From a virus: DNA of 64,000 nt. The position numbers and the translations under genes are program-made. The stretch's first letter is position 1. Each line of letters starts with the position of its first letter. Below are positions 19,194 to 28,645 of this stretch, one piece after another. The stretch covers positions 1 through 64,000 of the IMG/VR virus record IMGVR_UViG_3300008259_002809; one strand, 5' to 3'. Below the pieces are notes generated by a model. The model made no database searches, was not told where the DNA came from, and saw only the letters and a list, made by a program, of their open reading frames with translations.

Positions 19194-20057
19194 ATGCAAA
19201 CACGAAACATATATGCTGACTGGGGCACTGAAGTTACCGACATGCAGGATCTGTTTGAGCAGGATCCACAAGAACTGCGACATTTGCTCTATGATCGCAA
19301 GATGTTGGTATTCCATGCACCCAACTGGTCAAAGATCGAGTATTGGTATTTCTTGTCCTTGTGGGGAGAACCTTGGACAGGCAAGGACTACATTAAAAGC
19401 ACAGAAAAATGGGAAGCAGTTAGAGATCCCAAAGATAACTCAGTGAAGTTTATCACTTCAATGAGCAACAAACTCAGCAAGCGGTTGGTAGACTACGAAA
19501 TGCCTTGGCATGCTGACATTGCCAATCGCATTGACGGCGGCATCAACCTCCCACATCGCAGTATCTATATGAAGACTGTGCCTAACCCTGAAGCCGGGTT
19601 TACCTACTGGCTAGACATGGAAGTTGCATATCCTGAGATTCATCCCAAATTGCGTGAACGCTGGGAAAAGCGCACAGTGATACAACAAAATTGGCACCAT
19701 CCTGGGCGAGATGTATTGCCTTGGTCACCAATGAAACAGCATCCAATCACTGGTAGATTGAGTCCAAGAGTAAACTATCATGGCATTGTTGATAGTTGGA
19801 TTCTAGATACCAAACACGAAGGTGAGGTCAGCATGGGCACTGGCATTGTGGAAGAACTCATGGAAGCCATGGCTGAGGTTCCTGGGTGTGTCTATGAGCA
19901 TCATTGGACACCCAACGATATTGTTCTTTACGATAACTGGCCATTTGTGCATCGTCGTGGTGAATTGGGATTAAAAGAAGGTGACGAGAGAATGATGTGG
20001 CGAGCCAACGTTGATCATGACATTCGTTTGAAACCTAGATTCCAAAATGCTAATTGA
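19194..20057 (+). CDS. TauD/TfdA-family Fe(II)/2OG dioxygenase
   Basis: WHAD, HPITGR, H.W.PNDIVLYDN...HRR, R.MWR motifs. Confidence 0.88.
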   Translation: MQTRNIYADWGTEVTDMQDLFEQDPQELRHLLYDRKMLVFHAPNWSKIEYWYFLSLWGEPWTGKDYIKSTEKWEAVRDPKDNSVKFITSMSNKLSKRLVDYEMPWHADIANRIDGGINLPHRSIYMKTVPNPEAGFTYWLDMEVAYPEIHPKLRERWEKRTVIQQNWHHPGRDVLPWSPMKQHPITGRLSPRVNYHGIVDSWILDTKHEGEVSMGTGIVEELMEAMAEVPGCVYEHHWTPNDIVLYDNWPFVHRRGELGLKEGDERMMWRANVDHDIRLKPRFQNAN

Positions 20058-20643
20058 TGTAAATTATCGCACCCTATCTGAAATACCTAAAAAACTGCTG
20101 AAGCCCATTGTTGATGCTTGTAAAAAAGCACAATGGACTGACGGCAACTATGATAGGTTTGAAAAACCATTGGCCGATGGCAAACTCATTGAGTTCCCTT
20201 TTCCAATTGCCAAGCGTGAACAAAACTACACCGAAGAACAACGTGCCATACTGCAAGCCTGCAGACCGCTGTTGGAATGGATCTTGTCTCAGCCACAGTT
20301 TGCCAACTACAAATGGATTCGTGGCGAAGTTGCCACCCTTGTGCCAGGAGTAGAATTAGGATGGCATCGAGATCCGCAATGGTTTCATGATCGTTGTGTT
20401 AGATTGCATGTGCCAATCATCACAAACAAACGCTGTGTTCAGTTGTGGGAAAACGTTGAGTTTCATATGGCCTTTGGCCACTTGTATGAACTCAACAATC
20501 GTGTGCGTCATTCAGCAAGAAATGCAGGCCGTCGATCTAGGACACATTTGATTCTGGATCTAATGCCTGAGTTGGAATGGCAACAAAGCAGAGAACAAGG
20601 AATAAACCCGGTGGCCTTGGTAGACGCACCGGGCGAGTATTAG
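20047..20643 (+). CDS. Asp/Asn beta-hydroxylase-like Fe(II)/2OG oxygenase
   Basis: WHRD..RLHVPIITN...LYELNNRVRHSARNAG..RTHLILD. Confidence 0.85.
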   Translation: MLIDVNYRTLSEIPKKLLKPIVDACKKAQWTDGNYDRFEKPLADGKLIEFPFPIAKREQNYTEEQRAILQACRPLLEWILSQPQFANYKWIRGEVATLVPGVELGWHRDPQWFHDRCVRLHVPIITNKRCVQLWENVEFHMAFGHLYELNNRVRHSARNAGRRSRTHLILDLMPELEWQQSREQGINPVALVDAPGEY

Positions 20644-21197
20644 TTCTCCAACTCTGAATCCCAGTAGAGGTAATCTCTCCAGGTTTCGTGTAGATGATCC
20701 TGCGGCAGTTTACGGCCTTTGAGATACAATTCCCATACACTGGGTTCTCTAGGTGCATTCATCAATCTCAATCCGCTCTTGCCCAATGGCTTTGCGGCCT
20801 TCTTGAAGTTGCAAGGCGAGCAAGCGGCCACCACATTGGTCCAACTGGTTTTGCCGCCCATGCTACGTGGCACTACATGGTCAAAGGTTAGATCAGGTGT
20901 GCGCTTTTTTACACCGCAGTATTGGCAGGTAAAATCATCACGCAGGTAAATGTTATACCTGTTGAATGTGGGCACAGTATCACGTTTGATGTATTCTTTG
21001 AGCACAACCACAGAAGGCAAGCGCCAGGCGGCATGACCGCTGTGAACTTCGTAGTCATACTCTTTGACTACTTCAACCTTTTCCTGAAAAACCGCTTTGA
21101 TTGCGTCTTGCCAATTCATAGTCGACAGCGGATGGACCGACACTGGTTGCCAGTCGGCGTTCAGCAATAGTGCTGGATATTGGTTCAATTGTAACAT
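20640..21197 (-). CDS. HNH endonuclease (McrA-like)
   Basis: LLLNAD, RDDFTCQYCG, TFDHVVPRS.GG..W.N.VAAC..CN..K. Confidence 0.92.
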   Translation of the reverse strand: MLQLNQYPALLLNADWQPVSVHPLSTMNWQDAIKAVFQEKVEVVKEYDYEVHSGHAAWRLPSVVVLKEYIKRDTVPTFNRYNIYLRDDFTCQYCGVKKRTPDLTFDHVVPRSMGGKTSWTNVVAACSPCNFKKAAKPLGKSGLRLMNAPREPSVWELYLKGRKLPQDHLHETWRDYLYWDSELEN

Positions 21198-21243
21198 TCG
21201 ATACTCTGCAAAGTTGAATTGGGTTATTTGCCAGATACTTATC

Positions 21244-21272
21244 TTGACCTGTAGTGCATTATACTGTAAAAT
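21244..21272 (+). promoter_or_regulatory. sigma70-type promoter
   Basis: TTGACC-17bp-TAAAAT. Confidence 0.6.
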
Positions 21273-21278
21273 ACACAA

Positions 21279-21476
21279 ATGATCAAGAAGTTTTCTAGAA
21301 CAGCCATCAATATGGACCAAATCAACAGTTGGTTGGTTCGCCTGCATGAAAATATCGAGCAAGAAGTAGAACTGTCGGATGAAGACACAGCAGAACTGGA
21401 AGCCTACATTTACGGTAACATCAGCAACTACCTAGAACGTTTTTTTGATTACCCTGGCTACAGCAACTACAATTGA
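21279..21476 (+). CDS. Hypothetical protein
   Basis: ORF directly after promoter. Confidence 0.55.
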   Translation: MIKKFSRTAINMDQINSWLVRLHENIEQEVELSDEDTAELEAYIYGNISNYLERFFDYPGYSNYN

Positions 21477-21517
21477 TGTGGAAAAAACGAGTTTTATCAA
21501 ACAGTAGAGAGAGTCCT

Positions 21518-21811
21518 ATGACATTACCTGACGAACGCTATCGAGCCGTAAAATGGGCAGAACGCTTTTTGCAAGACTTAGCGCATGATAAGAAAAAGTA
21601 TCCTAGAATACCCATTGCGGTGCGTAAAGAAGCCCACAGCATTCTACGGCATTATCCTGGTTCTTGGGACATGGAACGTGCCGCAACAGCCTGCCCTGAA
21701 GTTTTTCAAAAAGAGATGCATCCTTTAGTGCGAATGATTGCTGAACACAAGCAGGAAAACATAAATAACCCTGACACAAGCAAATCTAGCAAGCCCGACC
21801 TGCTTGTCTAG
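21518..21811 (+). CDS. BPSL0761-like small protein
   Basis: MTLPDERYRAV...PRIP..VR.EA..ILRHYP; paralog at 32684. Confidence 0.65.
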   Translation: MTLPDERYRAVKWAERFLQDLAHDKKKYPRIPIAVRKEAHSILRHYPGSWDMERAATACPEVFQKEMHPLVRMIAEHKQENINNPDTSKSSKPDLLV

Positions 21812-21834
21812 GCAATCCATGGAGAAATTTTGCA

Positions 21835-22158
21835 ATGTTCATTGTAACAGCAACTTATACTAGACCAAATATCATGACTCCCTGGTTCCAACAGTCAGAT
21901 GCATTTGCACAGCATTTTGAAAGCACCTATAGAGATACAGGTAAGGTGTTGGAATCAACCCAGGCGATTTCACCAGACGGCCTAACCTTTACACGCACTG
22001 AGTCCTGGGCGACTCGTGTAGATTTTATGGCTTTCTTAGAAGACCAAGAATACATCAACCTAATTGCCTCTCGCGATGCTCACATTGCACAAAACGGCAT
22101 TGTGGTAAACATTGAGCGCAGACTAGTTGGCGAACAACTACCTCAGCCCAACGCATAA
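21835..22158 (+). CDS. Small protein, TRPN..P[WF]F family (paralog 1)
   Basis: Similar to 22171-22473 and 60268-60579; GGAG SD. Confidence 0.75.
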   Translation: MFIVTATYTRPNIMTPWFQQSDAFAQHFESTYRDTGKVLESTQAISPDGLTFTRTESWATRVDFMAFLEDQEYINLIASRDAHIAQNGIVVNIERRLVGEQLPQPNA

Positions 22159-22170
22159 GGATAATATAAA

Positions 22171-22473
22171 ATGATCGTCGTAACCAGAACTTTCACTCGA
22201 CCAAATGTAAATGTTCCTTTCTTTGTTGGCAACAAAGCGTCTGTGGATGCACACATCCTTGATACCTATCAAGCATCAAATCCCAGCGTTCTAAGTCGTT
22301 CGTTGTCAGTGAGTGAAAACAAACTTACACTAACAGGCACCATGACTTTTGTTAACTCAGCGGCTGTAACAGCCCTAGAAGCAGATCCTGTCTTTGCCGC
22401 CTGGCACAATGCTAGAACTGCTTATAACCAAGCCAATGGCATTGCTGAAGCAGTGACTCAGATTGAACAGTAA
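22171..22473 (+). CDS. Small protein, TRPN..P[WF]F family (paralog 2)
   Basis: FTRPNVNVPFF, S...LTLT, R.AYN..NGI shared with paralog 1. Confidence 0.75.
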   Translation: MIVVTRTFTRPNVNVPFFVGNKASVDAHILDTYQASNPSVLSRSLSVSENKLTLTGTMTFVNSAAVTALEADPVFAAWHNARTAYNQANGIAEAVTQIEQ

Positions 22474-22484
22474 TTTAATCGTGT

Positions 22485-22514
22485 AATAAAAGGGCCTTAG
22501 GGCCCTTTTATTTT
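22485..22514 (+). terminator. Intrinsic terminator (bidirectional-type)
   Basis: AATAAAAGGGCC-TTAG-GGCCCTTTTATT. Confidence 0.85.
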
Positions 22515-22552
22515 GACCAAAACTCCAAGTCTCACAACAAATAAATATCTCC

Positions 22553-23446
22553 ATGTTCTTATGTCACCAAAAAGATATCCCTTTAAATCAATGGCGAGTC
22601 TATCCACAACTGCGTGAATGGGCAGTGGTCAACAATGAATCAACTGGTGCAGAGTTGATCAGCAATGTGTGCCAACACCAAGGCAGTTATTTGTCTGGTG
22701 GCCGCGGTGAAGGAGATAGGGTTTGTCCCTATCACGGATGGCGTTATCGTTTGTCTGGAGAGCCCATCAGTTCAGGCAATACTCAATGCAGTAATTCAAA
22801 ACCTTTGCCAAAAAAAGCATCTCATAGGTTCTTTGACTTTATACTAAGCGAACCCATTGATGCCAGCATTGACGAGTTGGGTGAATTTGTCAATACCGGG
22901 CATTTGCAGTTAATGGAAACTCGCATTGATATTGTAAGAGCAAACTGGCGTAACATCATTGATCTATTCTTAGATGTGGAACACATTCCTGTGATTCATC
23001 CTGGGGTGTATCAAGAAATTTCTGCGCCCAATGTAAGCCAACTAAAATGGACTTATGGTAAGAATTCCAACATACAGTTAGTGCCCAGAGTAGAAGTTGA
23101 CAATGAATTCAATTCCACATTGCAAGACTCAGACAGGAAGGCCAAATGGTCTGCCGCTTGGATTACCTTATACCCATATACAATGATGGAATATCAACCT
23201 GGTGCTTGGTTTATTACAGTTTGTATTCCAACCAGCAACAAAGAAACTTCAGTGGTTGTTTACAAATACAGAGATGTGCGTTACAGTGAACTAAACTGGA
23301 AAATCAATGAACGTGTATGGGAACTGGCCTGGAAACAGGATAGGACTCAAGCAGAAATGATGAGTCCCTGGACTCCGCCAATTGAGCACTTTGAAGAACA
23401 GAAACAACACTTTAGGATGTGGTGTGATAATCATCCTTGGGTTTGA
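22553..23446 (+). CDS. Rieske non-heme iron oxygenase (alpha-subunit-like)
   Basis: CQHQG...CPYHGW Rieske motif; NW....D..HIPVIH mononuclear iron motif. Confidence 0.88.
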   Translation: MFLCHQKDIPLNQWRVYPQLREWAVVNNESTGAELISNVCQHQGSYLSGGRGEGDRVCPYHGWRYRLSGEPISSGNTQCSNSKPLPKKASHRFFDFILSEPIDASIDELGEFVNTGHLQLMETRIDIVRANWRNIIDLFLDVEHIPVIHPGVYQEISAPNVSQLKWTYGKNSNIQLVPRVEVDNEFNSTLQDSDRKAKWSAAWITLYPYTMMEYQPGAWFITVCIPTSNKETSVVVYKYRDVRYSELNWKINERVWELAWKQDRTQAEMMSPWTPPIEHFEEQKQHFRMWCDNHPWV

Positions 23447-23999
23447 TTCTAAAATATAATCTTCTAAACAACCAATAGGCAATTGGTGCCTGAAACTTAA
23501 ACAAGAATTCACCAGGACGAGCAATCACATATGGTGACCGACCATTATCAACCAAAGAGTCTGTGACTCCGTCAACACCTCGAAAATGTCCGTAGTTGTT
23601 GATGAATCCATTTAAACGTCCATCAACTTGATAATCTAAACTCACAGTCCTCAATGCCGGATGGTTTTCAAAAGATTGAGCACGTTTGGTTGCATCTGGA
23701 TCTATGTAGTCCCAAACTTCGTTGTCAGCACGAGTCCTCCAAATTGGAGTAATTTTATCATCGTCGTGCCAAGTTAACTCAATGTTGTCAATGATGACAC
23801 TGGCACCAGTGACGTCACCAACTGTGCCAAGACCAAACGAGTAGTCCTGTTTCCAATTAGTGGTAACACGATTTGAAATTTCCTGCCTGCCAACATCAAG
23901 TTGATGCTGACTAACCAACTGCCCATTGACTTTGAACGCCAACTCTGTGGGCTTGAGGACGGTGAGAATATATTTGAATGAGATATCTTCAGACTGCAT
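23412..23999 (-). CDS. Hypothetical protein
   Basis: Last gene of minus-strand operon; ATG overlaps upstream gene end. Confidence 0.6.
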   Translation of the reverse strand: MQSEDISFKYILTVLKPTELAFKVNGQLVSQHQLDVGRQEISNRVTTNWKQDYSFGLGTVGDVTGASVIIDNIELTWHDDDKITPIWRTRADNEVWDYIDPDATKRAQSFENHPALRTVSLDYQVDGRLNGFINNYGHFRGVDGVTDSLVDNGRSPYVIARPGEFLFKFQAPIAYWLFRRLYFRIKPKDDYHTTS

Positions 24000-24948
24000 T
24001 GATATTGCCTTGAGATAAAATTGCTTTGAGTTGATCAGTTGTTCCAATGTAATCAACTTCACTGTGTCCGATTCTGTTGGCCAGTCTAGTCCACTTTTCA
24101 ATGATAGGAACTTTAGATCTCCAATACTGGTCTGGTATTCCAATGTTTTTGGGTCTTGGAAGACAGTCAAAGATCTTGGCTTTGTTGAACTCGCTGGTGC
24201 CGTGCCCTCTGAGACTGATGTAACTCAACACAATCTCAGGCCGCCAACTTAAAAAATTCCAAGCAGGTTGTTCTTGCCCAATGGTTCTAGCAATAGTCAC
24301 ATCGGCTTCATGCATGAGCCATCCGGTGTTTTTCACTGATCCATCTGGATGCACAAGTTTGTTGTCTCTAAATCGACCACGCATATAGTTTAGATTGGGG
24401 TCTGGAAAATACTCAGGAAAACCTGCTCCAAGCACAAGTGTTCCACCTTGATCTTTGACATACTTGCTGATTCTAGACATCATGTAAGGTCCGCCAGGAG
24501 TTCTCAGCATGAGTTTGGCACTCATTGATGTGATACCATATGTGAACTGTCCAAGATATTCTTTGAAAATAACAGGAACAATATTGTTTTCTTCACACCA
24601 ACGTTTTGCCCACCAAGTGTCAACAGAATTTAAATCGTCGGCTTCGTAGATGATGGGTGTAAACGGTATGCCTTGCCTATGGAAGCATTTGGCCACCCAC
24701 TCACTGTCAATGCCGCCGCTCATGCCAACATAGATATTTCCGTAGGTTTCATGTAGTTCTTGTGCTATCTGATTGCCAATGACATCAATGTCCATGAACT
24801 CGCTGGCATAGGTTGGACATAGGTATATGTCCATGTCGCTTTCAATCTCTGGTTTGTCAAATGACCTGTTGAATCGATATTTGATCCAAGAATTAAATCC
24901 TATGCCTGCTAGGCTGTTTAACTCATCGTTGCTGGGATATATTTTCAT
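23989..24948 (-). CDS. Adenine-nucleotide alpha-hydrolase (PP-loop) protein
   Basis: YVGMSGGIDSE motif. Confidence 0.7.
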   Translation of the reverse strand: MKIYPSNDELNSLAGIGFNSWIKYRFNRSFDKPEIESDMDIYLCPTYASEFMDIDVIGNQIAQELHETYGNIYVGMSGGIDSEWVAKCFHRQGIPFTPIIYEADDLNSVDTWWAKRWCEENNIVPVIFKEYLGQFTYGITSMSAKLMLRTPGGPYMMSRISKYVKDQGGTLVLGAGFPEYFPDPNLNYMRGRFRDNKLVHPDGSVKNTGWLMHEADVTIARTIGQEQPAWNFLSWRPEIVLSYISLRGHGTSEFNKAKIFDCLPRPKNIGIPDQYWRSKVPIIEKWTRLANRIGHSEVDYIGTTDQLKAILSQGNINAV

Positions 24949-26219
24949 TGCCAATCTATTTTGTAATTCACTAGGCTCTTGCGAATGTATTCTTGAACAC
25001 CAGGTTGATCAATACTCAGCAGTTGGTAGTCGTCAGTGACACCAAATCTAGCATTAGGTCGCTCTGGCACAGGCAAATGCTCAACGGCCTGCTTGTTGAA
25101 CATAAGGCCAACATTTTCAATTTTCAACTTAAAGTGTTGATACCAAGGATTGCGATCAAAGTCAAAGATATAGTCTCTGGCTACTTTTTTATAAGTGGCC
25201 GCTGTGAGCCCAATCTTGGTTCCATTGTTGTTATTGGCCATTGACCACTGCTGATAGTCTGTGGTGTGATACCAGTTGACAATGGTGTCGTTGGCCTGTC
25301 GGATGCCAACACGATCATTGTAATAGATGTGCCCACGCACAGCACAGTTGACATACTTCAAGTTAAAAATATACCACCAAAAGAAATCGTGTAGACTGCG
25401 TATTTCTACAGGGCTGGTTTGAGCATGAAGATCTAGTTTATTGTAAAATGTTTCAGCGAAAGCAGGATTAGGTCGTTCCAATGGGTAGAAAGGAAAGCCT
25501 TGCTTTTTTGGAATTTTAAAATAGTTAATCAGCAGATCTTTGAACTTGCTGTAGTGTATTTCCGGATTGGTAAAGTATTGTATTTTCTTTTCCAGTTCGT
25601 TGGCACTTAGACTTGACAGATTTCCTGTATAACTGCGCCAATTGTAGTATAGGTGACTGGCAAAGGTGGTGCCAAACAAACAGTCACCGGTGTCACCGGT
25701 GATGGGTATTAGACCTTGCTCTATCAAGTCATCGTATTTGGTGCTGATAGAATCTATGACTGTGAGTTTTCCAACAATAAACTTTGTCCAAAATACAGGA
25801 TTGTTTACAGCACTGGCCGCACTGGCACAAATTACTAGATTTTTCTTTTCTCGTTGCGTTAGGTTTTTCAGCAATGCTGTCATGATCACCGTGGAATCAA
25901 TGCCACCCGAATACATGACAGCAAACCGTTCGTTGTTGTTGTTGATACGACTTTTAATTTCCAATGCACGTTGTTCAGTGATGTCGGCAAATGTTTTGTT
26001 GAATGCTGAATCGTAGGCAGGCATGTCCATATCTGGCCAAACCTGTTGCTCAAAAGGAATTGACCATTCTGCAGAACAGCGAGAAATCAACCTATTGGGA
26101 TTCAGCCGTCGAGCAATGTCAATGTAAAATTGTCCAGCAGGATCCAAATCTTCGCTGAGAGTTTGCCAAAAACTATTCTGGTAGCCGTTCCAAGTCACTG
26201 AACAAAAAATAGGTTTCAT
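24945..26219 (-). CDS. Asparagine synthetase C-terminal-domain-like ATP pyrophosphatase
   Basis: MYSGGIDST and ITGDTGDCLFG motifs; no N-terminal glutaminase domain. Confidence 0.75.
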   Translation of the reverse strand: MKPIFCSVTWNGYQNSFWQTLSEDLDPAGQFYIDIARRLNPNRLISRCSAEWSIPFEQQVWPDMDMPAYDSAFNKTFADITEQRALEIKSRINNNNERFAVMYSGGIDSTVIMTALLKNLTQREKKNLVICASAASAVNNPVFWTKFIVGKLTVIDSISTKYDDLIEQGLIPITGDTGDCLFGTTFASHLYYNWRSYTGNLSSLSANELEKKIQYFTNPEIHYSKFKDLLINYFKIPKKQGFPFYPLERPNPAFAETFYNKLDLHAQTSPVEIRSLHDFFWWYIFNLKYVNCAVRGHIYYNDRVGIRQANDTIVNWYHTTDYQQWSMANNNNGTKIGLTAATYKKVARDYIFDFDRNPWYQHFKLKIENVGLMFNKQAVEHLPVPERPNARFGVTDDYQLLSIDQPGVQEYIRKSLVNYKIDWQ

Positions 26220-26929
26220 ACTGCAAATCCTGTAATTTTGCCAGAGAAACTGACACTACGAACATCTTCGGGTTGTTGAACGCCCAGGAACTGATAGAAC
26301 TGATTGCGATACAACACAACGTCAGGAATAGTTTTCCACAGTTCATTGATGGCCTCAACAGCAGATTCCACGCTGTCTTTGTCATAGAGTATTTGTAGTA
26401 TGCTAGGGCCTACACCTCTTACTGCTTCGGTGTTGTCAGTGGGAATAGACACAGAGGTTGGCCAGTTCTCTTGAAGATATACACCAGCAATCTGTTGCAT
26501 AGGCAACACATTAAAAATCAAGTTAGTGATCTTTACAGCCTTGACACATTGGCACACAAACTCAGCATAGTCTCTCAGTTGAATCAAATAACCGCGGGCT
26601 GGTTCCTCTTTGTAGTCTACAGGCCAGCCAAGATATTCAAAGCCGCCTGATAGTCTGCGGAAACTGGGCCATTGACGACTGTAGAAAATTGAACTGAAAG
26701 CAAACATCAGGTCCTTGTCACGCAATGAAAATTCCAAGCAACGTGAAGGATCAATGTCTTGACTACGGGTCACACCAACAACCAACGGCAGTTTAGAACT
26801 CAGGATCTGTGCAGACTCCACGGCCGAGTAAGGATCATAGTGGTCCAAGCAAACCACTCGATCAATGCCAGGGGAATACAGGATCGTGGTTCCGTAAAAT
26901 GGCTCAAAGATTTTTGTGTTGACTTCCAT
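26216..26929 (-). CDS. Hypothetical protein
   Basis: First gene of a four-gene coupled minus-strand operon. Confidence 0.65.
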   Translation of the reverse strand: MEVNTKIFEPFYGTTILYSPGIDRVVCLDHYDPYSAVESAQILSSKLPLVVGVTRSQDIDPSRCLEFSLRDKDLMFAFSSIFYSRQWPSFRRLSGGFEYLGWPVDYKEEPARGYLIQLRDYAEFVCQCVKAVKITNLIFNVLPMQQIAGVYLQENWPTSVSIPTDNTEAVRGVGPSILQILYDKDSVESAVEAINELWKTIPDVVLYRNQFYQFLGVQQPEDVRSVSFSGKITGFAV

Positions 26930-26976
26930 ATATTTTAATTTATGTTGTTAAAAAGCCACGTGTTGGCCAAGAAAGG

Positions 26977-27005
26977 TTGACAGACACCAGGGAAGTCTGC
27001 ATAAT
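26977..27005 (+). promoter_or_regulatory. sigma70-type promoter
   Basis: TTGACA-17bp-CATAAT. Confidence 0.7.
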
Positions 27006-27044
27006 TTAACTTAACTTGCAAAATTCTTAATAGGAGATTTTACT

Positions 27045-27311
27045 TTGGCACATAGGCGAGCAAACCGCTTGGTTCTTTTTGGTAGGCCCAAAACAATTTT
27101 TGATCCTGCAAACAAACTGCACCGAGGTGCTTATCTTGAGTTCCTAGAAACCGGTAGTTGGCGTCATTGTCCTGTAAGTTTCATCATTGACGATGACAGT
27201 CTCAGCGTAACATTTTGCATTGAAAAGAAACTGTTGTCACACTATCTCAAAAAAGAATTTGGTCAAAATCGTAATCCTAAATTGCTCTATAGGGCGTATG
27301 AAGAACAATGA
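27045..27311 (+). CDS. Hypothetical protein
   Basis: AGGAG SD and TTG start. Confidence 0.65.
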   Translation: MAHRRANRLVLFGRPKTIFDPANKLHRGAYLEFLETGSWRHCPVSFIIDDDSLSVTFCIEKKLLSHYLKKEFGQNRNPKLLYRAYEEQ

Positions 27312-27886
27312 ACGACTTAGCACAACTGCTACGTCAGGCCTTGCCTGAAGTGGTTAGACAATTCAATCAAGAAGTGTTGCCTGCCCTGGAAACACAAGTG
27401 TGGCGCAGGACTGCTAGACAAATGTTTGGTGCTATCCGCAATGATCAAATCTCTGTGGAAAAAAGCAAACAGTTTAATTGGCCTATCAACAACCTAATGA
27501 TTGACGTTGTCAATCAACAGGCCGGCAATCCAGTGCTAGAGGACACGCAAGACCGTGGACAAGATTTGATCTACTTGCCAACCAACACACCCATTGAAGA
27601 CAAAAATACTTTTGGTGCAGGTGCTGGCTGGACCGGCAACGGGTTTGATAAAACTGATTGGCATCTGCTGAAAAAGTTTCACACCAATGATGACTGTAGA
27701 ATCGTTGATGGATTTGTTTGTTTGGTTGACCTTAGCAAAACAGCCAGCCGCTGGGGCGATAAAAATGGAAAACAGCGTGTGGGGCTTAACCTTGCATCAG
27801 CAGACCGAGACCATATTATCATTGTCTGGGGCAGTTTGGAATGTAAGCGTAAGTGGGCCAAGCCCGTGACCAAAGAGTTTGGTTAA
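27308..27886 (+). CDS. Hypothetical protein, possible PD-(D/E)xK nuclease
   Basis: QDLIY...IEDK spacing resembles the restriction-endonuclease catalytic motif. Confidence 0.45.
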   Translation: MNDLAQLLRQALPEVVRQFNQEVLPALETQVWRRTARQMFGAIRNDQISVEKSKQFNWPINNLMIDVVNQQAGNPVLEDTQDRGQDLIYLPTNTPIEDKNTFGAGAGWTGNGFDKTDWHLLKKFHTNDDCRIVDGFVCLVDLSKTASRWGDKNGKQRVGLNLASADRDHIIIVWGSLECKRKWAKPVTKEFG

Positions 27887-27895
27887 AAATCGCAC

Positions 27896-27924
27896 TTGAC
27901 TTTTTTGGTCAAAGACGCTATACT
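27896..27924 (+). promoter_or_regulatory. sigma70-type promoter
   Basis: TTGACT-17bp-TATACT. Confidence 0.75.
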
Positions 27925-27949
27925 AACTCTATCACATTAAGGAGTAGTC

Positions 27950-28258
27950 ATGGCCCAAACTATTAAATTTGATTCTACCTGGACCACAGATCGTCGACGT
28001 GACACACTTGTGGACCTACTACGTGGTCATATTTGTGAAGTGACTTTTGTCAAAGTTGATGGCACCGTTAGGGTCATGCCTTGCACCCTAGACAGTCGAC
28101 ACATTCCCCCAAAGGTCACTGAGTCGGAGAAAACCAAAGCACCTAATCCTACCACGCTCAGTGTATGGTGCACCGACAAGGAATCTTGGCGCAGTTTTAA
28201 AATTGACAATGTTCAAGAGATCAAACAAATTGCACCAGACCTAATGAGGTATCTATGA
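27950..28258 (+). CDS. WYL_2/SH3-like beta-barrel protein
   Basis: VTF.KVDGTVR.M.CTL...VW......WRSFK.DNV. Confidence 0.8.
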   Translation: MAQTIKFDSTWTTDRRRDTLVDLLRGHICEVTFVKVDGTVRVMPCTLDSRHIPPKVTESEKTKAPNPTTLSVWCTDKESWRSFKIDNVQEIKQIAPDLMRYL

Positions 28259-28362
28259 TTTACCTTTGGCTCAGTGTCATTATTCTTTTGTTCTCGGGCT
28301 ACTTTATTGCGGCCCTTGGACTGTCAATGTTTGGTATATTTTTAGAGCAAATCCATGGTTGA
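28255..28362 (+). CDS. Small membrane protein (35 aa, not in ORF track)
   Basis: MIYLWLSVIILLFSGYFIAALGLSMFGIFLEQIHG; overlaps both neighbours. Confidence 0.5.
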   Translation: MIYLWLSVIILLFSGYFIAALGLSMFGIFLEQIHG

Positions 28363-28645
28363 ACTACTCATCTGGGCTTTAATATTGTTTTTGATCTGGC
28401 GTGTTATGTCAGCCTATCAAGAAATGCAACGATCCCGAGAAGAGATTCACGAGGAAGTTAAAAGGCTACTTGTGATCATGACAGTAGAACAAAACCAGGA
28501 TGGTGTGTTTGCTTACAGCGCCAAGAGCGGTGAGTTCTTGGCACATGGCCAAACATTTAAACAGATGGTGGAAAACTTTAAATTTAGGTTTCCTGGCAAG
28601 CGAGGTCTTATCATTGGTAACAATTCTATAGAGGAGATTGAATAA
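28355..28645 (+). CDS. Hypothetical membrane-anchored protein
   Basis: N-terminal TM helix, FLAHG.T motif. Confidence 0.65.
   Translation: MVELLIWALILFLIWRVMSAYQEMQRSREEIHEEVKRLLVIMTVEQNQDGVFAYSAKSGEFLAHGQTFKQMVENFKFRFPGKRGLIIGNNSIEEIE

Noticed and set aside
20640-21197. HNH gene as intron-encoded homing endonuclease
   Set aside because: It is free-standing between intact genes and resembles the bacterial McrA-like HNH family; no interrupted host gene.
23412-26929. Canonical lasso peptide cluster
   Set aside because: No recognisable B1/B2 proteins or short precursor with a lasso leader; kept only as an unknown amide-ligase cassette.
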